DNA of 64,000 nt from Candidatus Ventricola sp. (GTDB lineage Bacteria > Bacillota > Clostridia > Christensenellales > Aristaeellaceae): NCBI GenBank assembly GCA_051883735.1, contig JBJEUH010000077.1, forward strand, positions 2,043-66,042. Direction: 5' to 3'. Below, piece by piece: positions 27,840-37,812 of this stretch; position 1 is the stretch's first letter, and each line of letters opens with the position of its first letter. The notes under the pieces are model-generated. The model was not told the DNA's origin. It ran no database searches and saw nothing but the letters and a program-made list of their open reading frames with translations. The position numbers and the translations under genes were made by a program.

Positions 27840-28670
27840 TCAGCTATTTCTCCCTTTTTTTTCAAAATCCTGCTGATCGCTCCGTTTTTCTGCATGCCCG
27901 AACAGAAGCTGCACGCACATGCCGCCCTCCTGGGAATGCACCGAAACGCTCGCCTCCACGCCCTGCGCGCGCAGTCTGCGTGCCAGCGCGCCCACCTCCT
28001 CCAGCGCGGCGCGCACGGTTCTGCGCCTGGCGCTCTGCGCTCTGCCCTTCTGCGGGCCGAAGACGAGCCGCCTCGCCTGCGCGGGCGTGAGCGACCGCTC
28101 CGCGATGATGAGCGCCGCCTCCGTCTGCCGCTCCTCCCCGGAGGCGGAAAGCAGCGGCTGCGCCTGCTCCATGGAGAGCCTCCGCTGCCGCGCGATCTCC
28201 TGCACGCGCAGGGGAAGCGCCAGCAGGCCGAGCCTCTGCTCGATCGCCTGACGCCCCAGCGCCGTGCTTAAGAGCAGCGCGTCCTTGTCCACCGCGCACA
28301 GCGCCAGCGCCTCCTCCATGGCGCAGGGCGCGCGGCGCAGGCAGTGCTCCTCCATGAAGCAGGCCGCCGCAGCCGCATCATCGAGCTCCAGGCACAGCGC
28401 GTCGATCTCCTTGAGCCCCAGCAGCCGGCAGGCCGCCAGCCGCCGCGCGCCGCAGACCAGCGCAAAGCGTCCCGCCTGCGCGTTCCTGCGCACGACGATC
28501 GGCTGCAAAAGCCCGTGGCGCGCAATCGACGCAGCCAGCGGTGCGAGCGTCTCGTCTTCCAGATCCCGTCCGGCGACCATGCCGCCGTACACGTCCTTCA
28601 CCTGCACGCGCATCATCGTTCGTCCGCTGCCCGCCGTCTGAGCCGCGTCTCCCGCCGCCCGCCTCTTCAT
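27840..28670 (-). CDS. ParB/Spo0J-like N-terminal domain protein (orphan)
   Basis: 276 aa. ParB box LLQPIVVR...FALVCGARRLAACRLLG, followed by a helical HTH-like region. No parA is nearby. An alternative start is at 28616. Confidence 0.7.
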   Translation of the reverse strand: MKRRAAGDAAQTAGSGRTMMRVQVKDVYGGMVAGRDLEDETLAPLAASIARHGLLQPIVVRRNAQAGRFALVCGARRLAACRLLGLKEIDALCLELDDAAAAACFMEEHCLRRAPCAMEEALALCAVDKDALLLSTALGRQAIEQRLGLLALPLRVQEIARQRRLSMEQAQPLLSASGEERQTEAALIIAERSLTPAQARRLVFGPQKGRAQSARRRTVRAALEEVGALARRLRAQGVEASVSVHSQEGGMCVQLLFGHAEKRSDQQDFEKKGRNS

Positions 28671-28737
28671 TCCGCCTCACCCCCGGCACTGCCAACTCGT
28701 GACAATATATGCGCCGGGTTATCCGCGTATGCTGCAT

Positions 28738-31062
28738 CTACTGCGCCGCCTGAAGACAGGTCTCGATGCGGTATCCGCCGCGGCGCAGCCACAATGTGAC
28801 GCTGCCGTTTTCGTCCGTGCGCAGCACCTGCGCGCCGACGCGCGACAGCGACTTAAGCACGCGCTCGGTCGGATGGCCGTAGCGGTTGTTTGCGCCGACG
28901 CTGATGAGCGCCAGCTTCGGCCCGGCCTTGTCAAGAAACGCGTCGCTCGTCGAGCCCTTGCTGCCATGGTGCGCTACCTTGAGCACGTCGGCCGCCGGCA
29001 CGGCGTCCGGCTCGCTCTCCTGCGGAAGATCGCCCGTCAGCAGGAACGTCACGTCCTCCAGCCGGGCATGCAGCAGCAGGGAGCGCTCATTGCTGCCCGA
29101 GAGCGTATCGTCCGGCGAGAGCACATCCAGCGTCGCGCCGCACGCCGCAATCCGGTCGCCGCGCTGCACCTCAAGCAGCGGGATGTCCTCCCGCGCCATG
29201 TGCTCAAGGGCCGCCTGCACCGCCAGCGGGCATTCCTCCTGCGCAGCGCGCGCCGACGTGATCACCGTCGGGATCTCCACCTCGGAAGAAAGCAGCGTCT
29301 CGAGCGCGCCCGCGTGATCCTCGTCGAGGTGCGACAGGATCACCGCCTCGACGGACAACCCCTCGCGGCGCAGATACCGCAACATTTCGTAGCTGTCCGC
29401 CGGGCCGACGTCCACCAGCACAGCCCGCCGTCCGCTCGCCAGGAGCGCCGCATCGCCCTGCCCCACGTCCAGCTGCACATACCGCGCCTGCGGATTCAGC
29501 CGCGGCGCATAGCTCAGCAGGATCGCACAGGCCAGCAGACAGGCCGCCTGCTTTCTCCACCGGCCATAGCGGATCCGGCTGCTCAGCAGCAGCAGCAGCG
29601 CCAGCAGGAGCAGCACGCATGCGCCGCGCGGCGCGGGCAGGCGCACGATCGCATGGTCAAGCGATGCAGCCCACAGGCTCAGCCGCTCAAAGCCGGAGGC
29701 CGCAGCCGAGAGCAGCCCCGCCGGCAGCGCGGCCATCGCGGGCCAAAGCAGGCCCGCCAGCGTGACGCACCAGCCGCCCAGCAAAAGCGCCGGCATCAGC
29801 GCGCTGCACAGCAGGTTCATCGGCAGGGCCAGCAGCGGCACATAGCCGTAGAGCAGCAGCTGCATCGGAAGGGAGGCGAGCTGCGCGCTCACGCACAGCG
29901 CCGTCATGCCAAGAAGCCTTTCCGGCAGCGCGCCCAGGTGCCGCCTGGCCAAGTCCGTCAGGCTGCGCGAGAAGAGCTGAATGCCCAGCACGACGAAAAA
30001 CGAGAATTGGAACGACGCATTGAGCGCCCACAGGGGCACAGCCAGCGTCATCAGCAGCGCCGCGCAGGCCAGCCCCGTCAGCGGCTCATACCGCCTGCCG
30101 CGCACCGCGGCGTATTCCCGCAGCATCGCCATGATGCACGCGCGGACCGTGCCGGGCGCGGCCCCCGTCAGCCCGGTGAAGAACACGAGGAAGGCGCTCA
30201 GCACGGCAAAGCGGGTCTTTCGCCCCACCGGCGCGCGCCCAAGCAGCATGCTGACCACGCCCGCGATCATGCTCAGGTGCAGGCCGGATACCGTCAGGAT
30301 GTGCGCCGTGCCCGTCAGCCGCATGGCCGCTGAAATCTCGCTGTCCAGGGCGGATTTGTCGCCGAGCATCACGCCCTGAAACAGCGCCGCCTGCCCGCCA
30401 AAGAGTGCTTCCACGCACGCGGCAATCCGCCCGCGAAGCCATCGGAGCTGCTCGCCCGGCGAGAACCGCTCCCCGCCCTGCGCCATCCATCCCGGCAGCA
30501 GATAGCCGGAGAGCTCGTATCCCTCGCAGATCGCCCGAACTCTCCAGTTCATGCCGCCCGGGTTGCGCGGCTCCTCCGGCGCAAAGAGCCGTCCCGTGCC
30601 CTGCACGCGCTGGCCGATCAGCGGCTCCTCGGGCGGCGCCGTGGGCTCCTCCTCCCGCATCAGCGTGACGACCACGGGCCGCGAGGACGCCGCCTCGCCG
30701 TCCACCGTCACGTCCTCCAGCATCACGCGGTACGGCTTCAGGATCTTCTTCACCGTGCCTTCGATGCGCACGCCGGGCGCCGTCGGCAGATCGCGGCGGC
30801 GCAGCGCGCTGCCTGCCCGCAGGTTGCCCAGCAGCAGCATGAAGGCCAGAAGACAAAAAAGCGCGCGCTTTCGCTGCAAAAGCCGCACAGCGGCCCACGC
30901 AAGCAAAAGCGCGCAAAGAATCAACAGATATGCAGCCGGCAGCAGGATGACGTTCGTGAGAAAAATGCCCAGGAGATACGCGGCGGTCGCCGCCATCAGC
31001 CTGCGCCGCACGGGCAGCACCACGGGCGGCTTATTAGCGGCATTCTTCTTCACAGCTTTCAC
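28738..31062 (-). CDS. comEC: DNA internalisation competence protein ComEC/Rec2
   Basis: 774 aa. N-terminal OB/DUF4131-like region, polytopic competence domain, C-terminal metallo-beta-lactamase domain (VGQGDAALL ... SHLDEDHAGAL ... VAHHGSKGS). Confidence 0.9.
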   Translation of the reverse strand: MKAVKKNAANKPPVVLPVRRRLMAATAAYLLGIFLTNVILLPAAYLLILCALLLAWAAVRLLQRKRALFCLLAFMLLLGNLRAGSALRRRDLPTAPGVRIEGTVKKILKPYRVMLEDVTVDGEAASSRPVVVTLMREEEPTAPPEEPLIGQRVQGTGRLFAPEEPRNPGGMNWRVRAICEGYELSGYLLPGWMAQGGERFSPGEQLRWLRGRIAACVEALFGGQAALFQGVMLGDKSALDSEISAAMRLTGTAHILTVSGLHLSMIAGVVSMLLGRAPVGRKTRFAVLSAFLVFFTGLTGAAPGTVRACIMAMLREYAAVRGRRYEPLTGLACAALLMTLAVPLWALNASFQFSFFVVLGIQLFSRSLTDLARRHLGALPERLLGMTALCVSAQLASLPMQLLLYGYVPLLALPMNLLCSALMPALLLGGWCVTLAGLLWPAMAALPAGLLSAAASGFERLSLWAASLDHAIVRLPAPRGACVLLLLALLLLLSSRIRYGRWRKQAACLLACAILLSYAPRLNPQARYVQLDVGQGDAALLASGRRAVLVDVGPADSYEMLRYLRREGLSVEAVILSHLDEDHAGALETLLSSEVEIPTVITSARAAQEECPLAVQAALEHMAREDIPLLEVQRGDRIAACGATLDVLSPDDTLSGSNERSLLLHARLEDVTFLLTGDLPQESEPDAVPAADVLKVAHHGSKGSTSDAFLDKAGPKLALISVGANNRYGHPTERVLKSLSRVGAQVLRTDENGSVTLWLRRGGYRIETCLQAAQ

Positions 31063-32438
31063 ACGCTCCCCTGCCTGGCGATGCAGCGGTCAAGCCACCT
31101 GCCGCGCAGATAATAGACGACAAACATGGCCGAGGTGATGACCCAGGTGATCGGATAGCTGAGCAGCAGCACCGGCAGGCGATGCATCCTGGGCACGACG
31201 ACCGTCACCCAGAACACGCGCATCAGGCACACGCCCGTGAGCGTCATCAGCGTGGGCATCAGCGAATCGCCCGCGCCGCGCATCGCGCTGGAGAGGATCT
31301 CGATGCACAGATAGGCGATCCACGTCGGCACGATCAGGCGGATGATGGACATGCCGGTCTCCACGACGTGCGCGTCGTCCGTGAACATGCCCAGCATCGG
31401 GCGGCCAACCGTCAGAATCAGCGCGCTCATGAAGACCGTCACGCCGGCGGCAAGACCCAGGCACACGCGCACGCTGCGGCGCATTCTGTCGTAGCGCCGC
31501 GCGCCGAAGTTCTGGCCCGCGAACGTGGTGATCGATACGCCGAACGCGCTGATCATCATCCAGTACAGGCCGTCGATCTTGCCGTACGCCGTCCAGGCCG
31601 CCATCACGTCCGTGCCGAAGCCGTTGACGCTGGCCTGGATGATGATGTTGGACAGCGAATACATGACAGACTGCAGCCCCGCAGGCAGACCGATTCTCAC
31701 GATGCGGGCCAGCATGTCGCCGTGAAAGCGAATCCTGCTGAACCGCAGGCGGTACACCGGCTGCGCATGGCACAGGCTGACCAGGATCAGCACCGCGCTG
31801 ACGACCTGCGAGAGCACCGTGGCGATCGCCGCGCCGCGCACGCCCATTTCAAGGCCCAGCACCAGGAGAATATCCAGCACGATGTTGGTCAGCGCGGCGC
31901 AGATGAGAAACAGCATCGGCCGGCGCGAATCGCCCACCGCGCGCAGCACGCCGGAGCCGATGTTGTACACCAGCTGCGGAATCATGCCCACAAAATAGAT
32001 CTTGAGATACGGCACCGCGTAGGCCATGACCTCCTGCGGCGTGCCCATCCATCGAAGGACAGTGCTGGAAAACAGCAGGCCCACCGCCGTCAGCAGCGCG
32101 CCGCTTGAAAGCGCCAGCGCGATCGTGGTGTGCACGGCGCGGGAGACGTCCTGCGCCTTTCGCGCGCCATAGAGCTGCGCGATGATGACCGACGCGCCGG
32201 AGGCCAGACCCACGAAGAAGCCGACCAGCAGGCTGATCAGCGTGCCCGTCGAGCCGCCGACGGCCGCCAGAGCCTCCTTGCCGACGACCTTGCCGACGAT
32301 GATCGCATCCGCCGTGTTGTACAGCTGCTGAAAAAACGTGCCCAGCACGATCGGAAAAAAGAACAGAAGCAGCTGCTTCCAGATCACGCCCTCGGTGATG
32401 CCGTTGATGTCCGGACGCTGCCTGATGAGTCTTCTCAT
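31059..32438 (-). CDS. MATE family efflux transporter
   Basis: 459 aa, 12 TM. N-terminal signature PIVLGTFFQQLYNTADAIIVGK. Confidence 0.85.
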   Translation of the reverse strand: MRRLIRQRPDINGITEGVIWKQLLLFFFPIVLGTFFQQLYNTADAIIVGKVVGKEALAAVGGSTGTLISLLVGFFVGLASGASVIIAQLYGARKAQDVSRAVHTTIALALSSGALLTAVGLLFSSTVLRWMGTPQEVMAYAVPYLKIYFVGMIPQLVYNIGSGVLRAVGDSRRPMLFLICAALTNIVLDILLVLGLEMGVRGAAIATVLSQVVSAVLILVSLCHAQPVYRLRFSRIRFHGDMLARIVRIGLPAGLQSVMYSLSNIIIQASVNGFGTDVMAAWTAYGKIDGLYWMMISAFGVSITTFAGQNFGARRYDRMRRSVRVCLGLAAGVTVFMSALILTVGRPMLGMFTDDAHVVETGMSIIRLIVPTWIAYLCIEILSSAMRGAGDSLMPTLMTLTGVCLMRVFWVTVVVPRMHRLPVLLLSYPITWVITSAMFVVYYLRGRWLDRCIARQGSV

Positions 32439-32486
32439 AAACCCTTTCCTTGAGGCGCGCCGCCATGCACCGCAGCGGCGCCCAAT

Positions 32487-33680
32487 TCACTTTCTCCTTA
32501 GCAAGGCGCGGATGCGCCGCATCAGGCCGCGGGGCAGATGCGCGATGCGCGCAGCGGCGCGCTCAAGCCTCCCCGGGCCGGCGAGCAGCTTCATCACATA
32601 CGCGCTGTCAAAGCCCTTTTTCTTGTAATATCTGAAAAATGCCTCGCGCTTTTTGTGCGGCTTCACCGCGTGCGCGATGCTTGGGTTATAGCGCAGCAGC
32701 CGCTGCATGTCCCCCACCGGGAAAACCGCAAGCTGCGAACGGCAGGCCTCAAACGCCTGCCTGCCCCGCTTCGTATTCAGGAACACGAGCGACGCGCCCG
32801 TGTCGTCATCCGCATCGGGCGCGACTTCCTGCATGCCCCACAGGTCCGCGATGGTGATGTCGGCAGGATGGCGCACCCCGCGCATCGTCTCGCACTGCAC
32901 GCACGACGGGCGCAGATACAGGTTCTGCAAAAAGCCGTAAAGGAACGGCTCCGTCGTCTGCTGGCCGACATGCTCCGTGCCGTCCTCAAACGTCGCCACG
33001 GCGGAGAAATCCTTCCAGCCCTTTCGTTTGTCGCGGAAGGTATAGCGCACGACCCGCTGGCCGCGCCCGGCCTCCAGTTCGCGCAGGTACGACGCGAACA
33101 CGCCGGGCGACGGCACGCCGTGACAGACGAAATCGACCGTCAGCAGCAGGTCGCTCTCCTTCTTTCCCACGCGCGCCTTGAGCCCGCTGATCTGGCAGGG
33201 CGTGCCGGAAAAGAGCACCGGAATGCCGCGCTCCAGCAGCACCGCCGCATGGGCGATCGCGTCCGATGCGTCGCTCTGCACATACTTGCTGCCGCGCATG
33301 CCGTCCAGCTCCGTCTCGTCAAACGCGCCGATGTGCTCCACGCGCAGCGCCTCGTCAAACGCGGCGCCGAAGACCACGCCGCCCTTCTTCAGCCAGGTCC
33401 TCGCCAGCGCGGTGAACACGCCGCCGGAGGAGGACGCACGGCGCAGCTGCGCATCCCGGATCTGCGCGCCGAGAACCTGCGGCTTTTGCTCCTCCTGCTC
33501 CCTGCCCGCCGGGCAGCGCTTTTCGCAAAGGTCGCATTCCACGCACCGGCTGCCGTCGACGGCCGGATACAGGAAGCCCTCCTCGTCCGGCTGCATCGTG
33601 ATCGCGCCCTTGGGGCAGATGCCTGCGCACGCGCCGCAGCCCGAGCACTCCGCCTTGCTTTTCCTGACCGTCTGTCTCAT
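32487..33680 (-). CDS. FrhB/FdhB-like (coenzyme F420 hydrogenase beta C-terminal domain) protein with 2x[4Fe-4S] ferredoxin domain
   Basis: 397 aa. CSGCGACAGICP and CVECDLCEKRCP clusters, then an FrhB-type domain. Commonly partnered with polysaccharide pyruvyl transferases. Confidence 0.7.
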   Translation of the reverse strand: MRQTVRKSKAECSGCGACAGICPKGAITMQPDEEGFLYPAVDGSRCVECDLCEKRCPAGREQEEQKPQVLGAQIRDAQLRRASSSGGVFTALARTWLKKGGVVFGAAFDEALRVEHIGAFDETELDGMRGSKYVQSDASDAIAHAAVLLERGIPVLFSGTPCQISGLKARVGKKESDLLLTVDFVCHGVPSPGVFASYLRELEAGRGQRVVRYTFRDKRKGWKDFSAVATFEDGTEHVGQQTTEPFLYGFLQNLYLRPSCVQCETMRGVRHPADITIADLWGMQEVAPDADDDTGASLVFLNTKRGRQAFEACRSQLAVFPVGDMQRLLRYNPSIAHAVKPHKKREAFFRYYKKKGFDSAYVMKLLAGPGRLERAAARIAHLPRGLMRRIRALLRRK

Positions 33681-33693
33681 CGTCTCTCTCCCG

Positions 33694-34860
33694 TCACTTC
33701 GCCAGCCGCATCACCGCGCCGACGATCTCCTCGCGGCCCGCCGTATAGTCCGGCATGCGCGCTGTGAGAAACGCCCGCTCCTCGTCCGCGCGCGTCATCA
33801 TCGCCTCGTACGCGGCGATCAGCTCCGTTTCGCCGCTCAGCTCCTGCACCGGAATCAGGTGTCCGGCTTCCTCGCCGAACAGATCGCGCGCGATGCCCCT
33901 GGCCTTGACCGAATAGCCGATCACCAGCGTCGGCACGGCGGTCGAGTAGCCCGCCACCGAGGCGTGCGTGCGCGCCGTCACCAGTGCGGCAAGGCGCGCG
34001 ATGTAGCCCTTGATCTGCGGCGCGGTCAGCGTTTCGGCCTGCGGCAGCAGGAACACGCGCGGCTCGTCTTCAAACTGCGCCTTGATCCTGCCCAGCGCGT
34101 CCATGTCGTTGTCGTGCGCCCAGAACACATGCGGGATCAGCGCCACGGCGCAGTCGCTGGTATCAAGAATGTGGCGCACCAGCCCCACAAACGCATGAAG
34201 CGTCTTGTCGCCGTCCTTTGCCCGGCTCAGAATCAGCGGGCTCACGTTGAGGCCCACCGTCCTCCCCTCGCGCCAGCCGCCTGGCAGCGGCAGCTCCTCG
34301 CGCGCCATGGTGAACGCCGGATCGCACCAGCGAACCACCGGCAGACCGGCCCTTCGCATCGCTTCCTCCGTGATCGACTCGCGCGCGACGATCAGGTCGT
34401 AGGCGCGCAGGTCCTCAAGCGTCTCGCCCTTGATGATGTCCGGCTCCACCGAGCAGCCCCACAGCACGAGCGGCTTGTTTGCGCGGCGCAGCCTTCCGTT
34501 GATCACCTGCAGATGCTCCTGATGGCCGTAGCAGTAGGTGTCGCCGCCGATGGACAGGCACACGTCGCTCCGCTTGCCCAGATCGGTGACCGTGGCATGC
34601 TTGCGGGCGACCTCCTGCTCGCGCGGGATGCCCAGGCGAAAGCCGATGGAATTGACAAACCGGCGCACGCTGTACGGCGCAATCTCGCTGTGCACGAGCT
34701 TCCTGACGCACTCGAGCCGCTGCGCGCGGTCCTCCTGCGGCGCGTCGGAGGCCAGCGAGACCGCCGCCAGGCCATCAAAGAGCGCCGCCGTCGAGCGCAC
34801 AATCGCCTCGCAGCCGCGGTTGCCGCAGCCGCCGTGGTTGTAGAGCATGATCTTCTTCAT
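33694..34860 (-). CDS. Polysaccharide pyruvyl transferase family protein
   Basis: 388 aa from MKKIMLYNHGGCGNRGCEAI, the typical PS_pyruv_trans N-terminus. ATGA overlap with the upstream GT2 stop. Confidence 0.8.
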   Translation of the reverse strand: MKKIMLYNHGGCGNRGCEAIVRSTAALFDGLAAVSLASDAPQEDRAQRLECVRKLVHSEIAPYSVRRFVNSIGFRLGIPREQEVARKHATVTDLGKRSDVCLSIGGDTYCYGHQEHLQVINGRLRRANKPLVLWGCSVEPDIIKGETLEDLRAYDLIVARESITEEAMRRAGLPVVRWCDPAFTMAREELPLPGGWREGRTVGLNVSPLILSRAKDGDKTLHAFVGLVRHILDTSDCAVALIPHVFWAHDNDMDALGRIKAQFEDEPRVFLLPQAETLTAPQIKGYIARLAALVTARTHASVAGYSTAVPTLVIGYSVKARGIARDLFGEEAGHLIPVQELSGETELIAAYEAMMTRADEERAFLTARMPDYTAGREEIVGAVMRLAK

Positions 34861-35840
34861 CGGCGGATTCCCCATTTCCTTCCCGTCAGCTTCTCCCCGA
34901 CGCGCATGAGCGTGTAAAATGCCGGGAAGCCGCCCTGTCTGACCAGCCGGTACAGCCGCCGGTCCTGCGGCGAAAGCCTTTCCTCCTGCACGCCGTCCAG
35001 CGCAAGCGGGCGAACCCGCCCGTCAAACGTCCGCATGCACGCGCGGATGCCGCGCTCCTTCTCGTCGATCCAGACGCAGCTCTGCAAAAAGTCCCTGAAA
35101 TACCGCTCCTTCACGCCATGCGCCAGCAGAATCGCGCTCATGCTGCGCAGCATCGGCTGATGCGCCTCGCTGTGACCGCGGACATTGGCCATCGCCGACT
35201 GGCCGTGCACGCGATAGACATAGGTGTAATCCGGCAGATGCGTCACCCTCTGCGCGCGCAGGAAGAGCTGCAGATTGAGCAGCGCATCCTCGCCGATGCG
35301 CACGCTCTCGTCCAGCCGCAGATCGCTAAACAGCGTGCGCTCATAGAGCTTGTTCCAGAGGTTGTTGTAGATGCGGTGCATATGGATGATCTCCCGGACG
35401 ATTTCATCTGGCTGCTGCACCACCGGCGCAATGTCCACCGGCACGCGCTGCCCCTTCTCCATGTCAAAGAGCGTATGGTTGGCCGAAACGATCTGCGCGC
35501 CGGTGCGCGCCGCGCACTGAAACAGCGTGCGCAGGCTGTTCTCCTCCAGCGCGTCGTCCGCGTCCACGAACGCGATATACCGGCCCGTCGCCAGCGCAAG
35601 TCCCCGGTTGCGCGCGGCGGACACGCCGCCGTTTTCCGTATGGATCACCCTCGCCCGGGGCTCGATGCGCGCGAAATCATCGAGCATCGCGCCCGTCCCG
35701 TCGGTCGAGCCGTCGTCGATGAGGATCATCTGAATCTCCGGCTCCTTCTGCGCCTTGAGGCTTTCCAGGCACACGCTCAGATAGCGCCCTGCGTTGTAGC
35801 ACGGCACGATGACGCTGATATCGGCCTGTGATTCGCTCAT
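34857..35840 (-). CDS. Family 2 glycosyltransferase (copy 4 of tandem array)
   Basis: 327 aa. ISVIVPCYNAGRYL ... LIDDGSTDGT ... FVDADD GT-A motifs. Confidence 0.85.
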   Translation of the reverse strand: MSESQADISVIVPCYNAGRYLSVCLESLKAQKEPEIQMILIDDGSTDGTGAMLDDFARIEPRARVIHTENGGVSAARNRGLALATGRYIAFVDADDALEENSLRTLFQCAARTGAQIVSANHTLFDMEKGQRVPVDIAPVVQQPDEIVREIIHMHRIYNNLWNKLYERTLFSDLRLDESVRIGEDALLNLQLFLRAQRVTHLPDYTYVYRVHGQSAMANVRGHSEAHQPMLRSMSAILLAHGVKERYFRDFLQSCVWIDEKERGIRACMRTFDGRVRPLALDGVQEERLSPQDRRLYRLVRQGGFPAFYTLMRVGEKLTGRKWGIRR

Positions 35841-35860
35841 GTATACCCCTTCCTTCCGGC

Positions 35861-36793
35861 TTACGGCAGCAGATAGCTGGACGCCGGCAGCACGCGAAGC
35901 GCCAGATAATACAGCTTCTGCTTGGCGGGCAGCCTGCCGAACGCCACGTCCTTGGTGATGCGCGCCACCATGGCGCGGGTGAGTGCGCACGCCGCCTTCG
36001 CCCGCCCACGGTCCGCCCGCAGCGTGCGGACGTAGAGATCGATGTGCGCGCGGAACAGCTGCGTCGCCAGGCCGTGCGCATCGATAAAGCGGCCGATGCC
36101 CTCGATCATCGGCATGCTGCGCGCGTAAAAGTCGTTGTGGGCCCGCGTCATCGCGGAATCCCCGCCGAATTCGTAGATGTAGACGGTCTCCCCGCTCATG
36201 CGCCAGGCGCGCGCGGCGATAAACGCTTCGAGGTTGAACAGCACGTCCTCGCCCACCTTCACACCCTCGGGCGCGCGCACGCCTTGCTCACGGATCAGCT
36301 GCGTGCGATACAGCCGGGCGCACATGCTGTTGAGCGCGCTGTCCCCGCGCAGAAGGCTCTCCAGCACGGTCTGCAGATCGCCGTCCGCGCAGGCGTGGTA
36401 CTCCTCCCGGCCGCCCTCGTCGCGAAAGCGCATCACATACGCGCCGCAGGCGATATCGGTTTCCTCGTCGGTCAGCGAGAGCAGGTGCGCCAGCGCGTGC
36501 GGCAGAAGATGGTCGTCCGCGTCCACGAACGACAGCCACGTCCCCTGCGCCGCGTCGATGCCCGCGTTGCGCGCGGCGGACACGCCCCCGTTCTCCTGAT
36601 GGATGACGCGCATGCGCGGCTCGTCCTGCGCGAGCTGCGTGAGGACATCCAAGGTGTCGTCCCGCGAGCCGTCGTCCACGGCGATCAATTCCCAGCTTTC
36701 CTCCGTCTGCGCCTGAATGCTGCGCACGGTGCGCGCAAGCGTCTGTCCGCTTTGGTAGCACGGCATGACGATGGACACAAGCGGCCTGTTCAT
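35861..36793 (-). CDS. Family 2 glycosyltransferase (copy 3)
   Basis: 310 aa. VSIVMPCYQSGQTL ... AVDDGSRDDT ... FVDADD. Confidence 0.85.
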   Translation of the reverse strand: MNRPLVSIVMPCYQSGQTLARTVRSIQAQTEESWELIAVDDGSRDDTLDVLTQLAQDEPRMRVIHQENGGVSAARNAGIDAAQGTWLSFVDADDHLLPHALAHLLSLTDEETDIACGAYVMRFRDEGGREEYHACADGDLQTVLESLLRGDSALNSMCARLYRTQLIREQGVRAPEGVKVGEDVLFNLEAFIAARAWRMSGETVYIYEFGGDSAMTRAHNDFYARSMPMIEGIGRFIDAHGLATQLFRAHIDLYVRTLRADRGRAKAACALTRAMVARITKDVAFGRLPAKQKLYYLALRVLPASSYLLP

Positions 36794-37812
36794 TGCGGCA
36801 TCTCCTTCTTTTTGCGCAGGGCAAACGCGGCCTCGCCGAGCTTGCGGCGCAGCACCTGCACGGGGTAGATCAGCGGATAGACGCGCGGGTAGGCGCCGCT
36901 GCGGCACAGCCGCAGAAGCAGGCGAGCGCCGCGCGTCAGCCTGCTTTCGTCAAGATCATCAAGCGGCAGGAGCGGCAGAACGTCCGCATTAAACCGCCGG
37001 ACCACGCCGGGCACGCCGCCGTCCTTGTACAGCCGCAGCGCCGCGCTGTCCACATAGGCGGCAAAGTAGGTTTCCATCTGCCCACGCCTAAGGAGCATGT
37101 CCCGCATCGCGAGCAGCCACAGCCTGTGCCGCTCCATCTCGCCCGCCGTCTGCGCGTGCATCGCGGAAGCGCCGTGCATGCGATAGCGGTAGGCCACGCG
37201 GTTCACATATGCAATGGCGCGCCCGCAGAGCACGGCCTCCAGGTTGAACAGCGCGTCCTCCGCGATCCTCACGCCCGCCTGGAGCCGCAGGCCCTCGCGC
37301 TCGATCAGGGCGCGCCGGTGCAGCTTGCAGCACATGATGTTGAGCACGCTGTCACCCTCGATCAGCCGCAGCGCCGCCGCACGGCGCTGGGCCTCGCCCC
37401 GTCTGTCCATCCAGCGCGTCTGCGGGATGACCGTCTCCAGGCTTCCGCTTCCGTCAAACGTATCGTGCGCGCAGACCACCATGTCCACGTCCTCGCCCGC
37501 GCCGGAGAGCATCGTATGGAGCGCGTCTTCTGGCAGCAGGTCGTCGCTGTCCACGAATGTGATCCACTCGCCCCGCGCGCGCTCTAGCCCCAGGTTGCGC
37601 GCGGCGGCCACGCCGCGGTTCTCCTGCGCCAGCACGCGCACGCGCGCGTCCTTTTGGGCATACGCCTGCGCCACGGCGAGCGTATCGTCCACCGATCCAT
37701 CGTCAATCAGGATCGCTTCAAAGTCCTCCATCGTCTGCGCGAGCACGGAATCCATGCACGCGCGAAGAAACCCGGCGCTGTTGTAGCACGGGATGATGAT
37801 GCTGACCTTCAC
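36790..37812 (-). CDS. Family 2 glycosyltransferase (copy 2)
   Basis: 340 aa. GTG start (GTGA overlap, GGGAGGA SD). VSIIIPCYNSAGFL ... LIDDGSVDDT ... FVDSDD. Confidence 0.85.
   Translation of the reverse strand: MKVSIIIPCYNSAGFLRACMDSVLAQTMEDFEAILIDDGSVDDTLAVAQAYAQKDARVRVLAQENRGVAAARNLGLERARGEWITFVDSDDLLPEDALHTMLSGAGEDVDMVVCAHDTFDGSGSLETVIPQTRWMDRRGEAQRRAAALRLIEGDSVLNIMCCKLHRRALIEREGLRLQAGVRIAEDALFNLEAVLCGRAIAYVNRVAYRYRMHGASAMHAQTAGEMERHRLWLLAMRDMLLRRGQMETYFAAYVDSAALRLYKDGGVPGVVRRFNADVLPLLPLDDLDESRLTRGARLLLRLCRSGAYPRVYPLIYPVQVLRRKLGEAAFALRKKKEMPQ

Noticed and set aside
27840-28670. The ParB-like gene as evidence of a plasmid or prophage partition module.
   Set aside because: There is no ParA, replication gene, integrase or phage gene nearby, and the flanks are core genes (comEC, degV, tadA).
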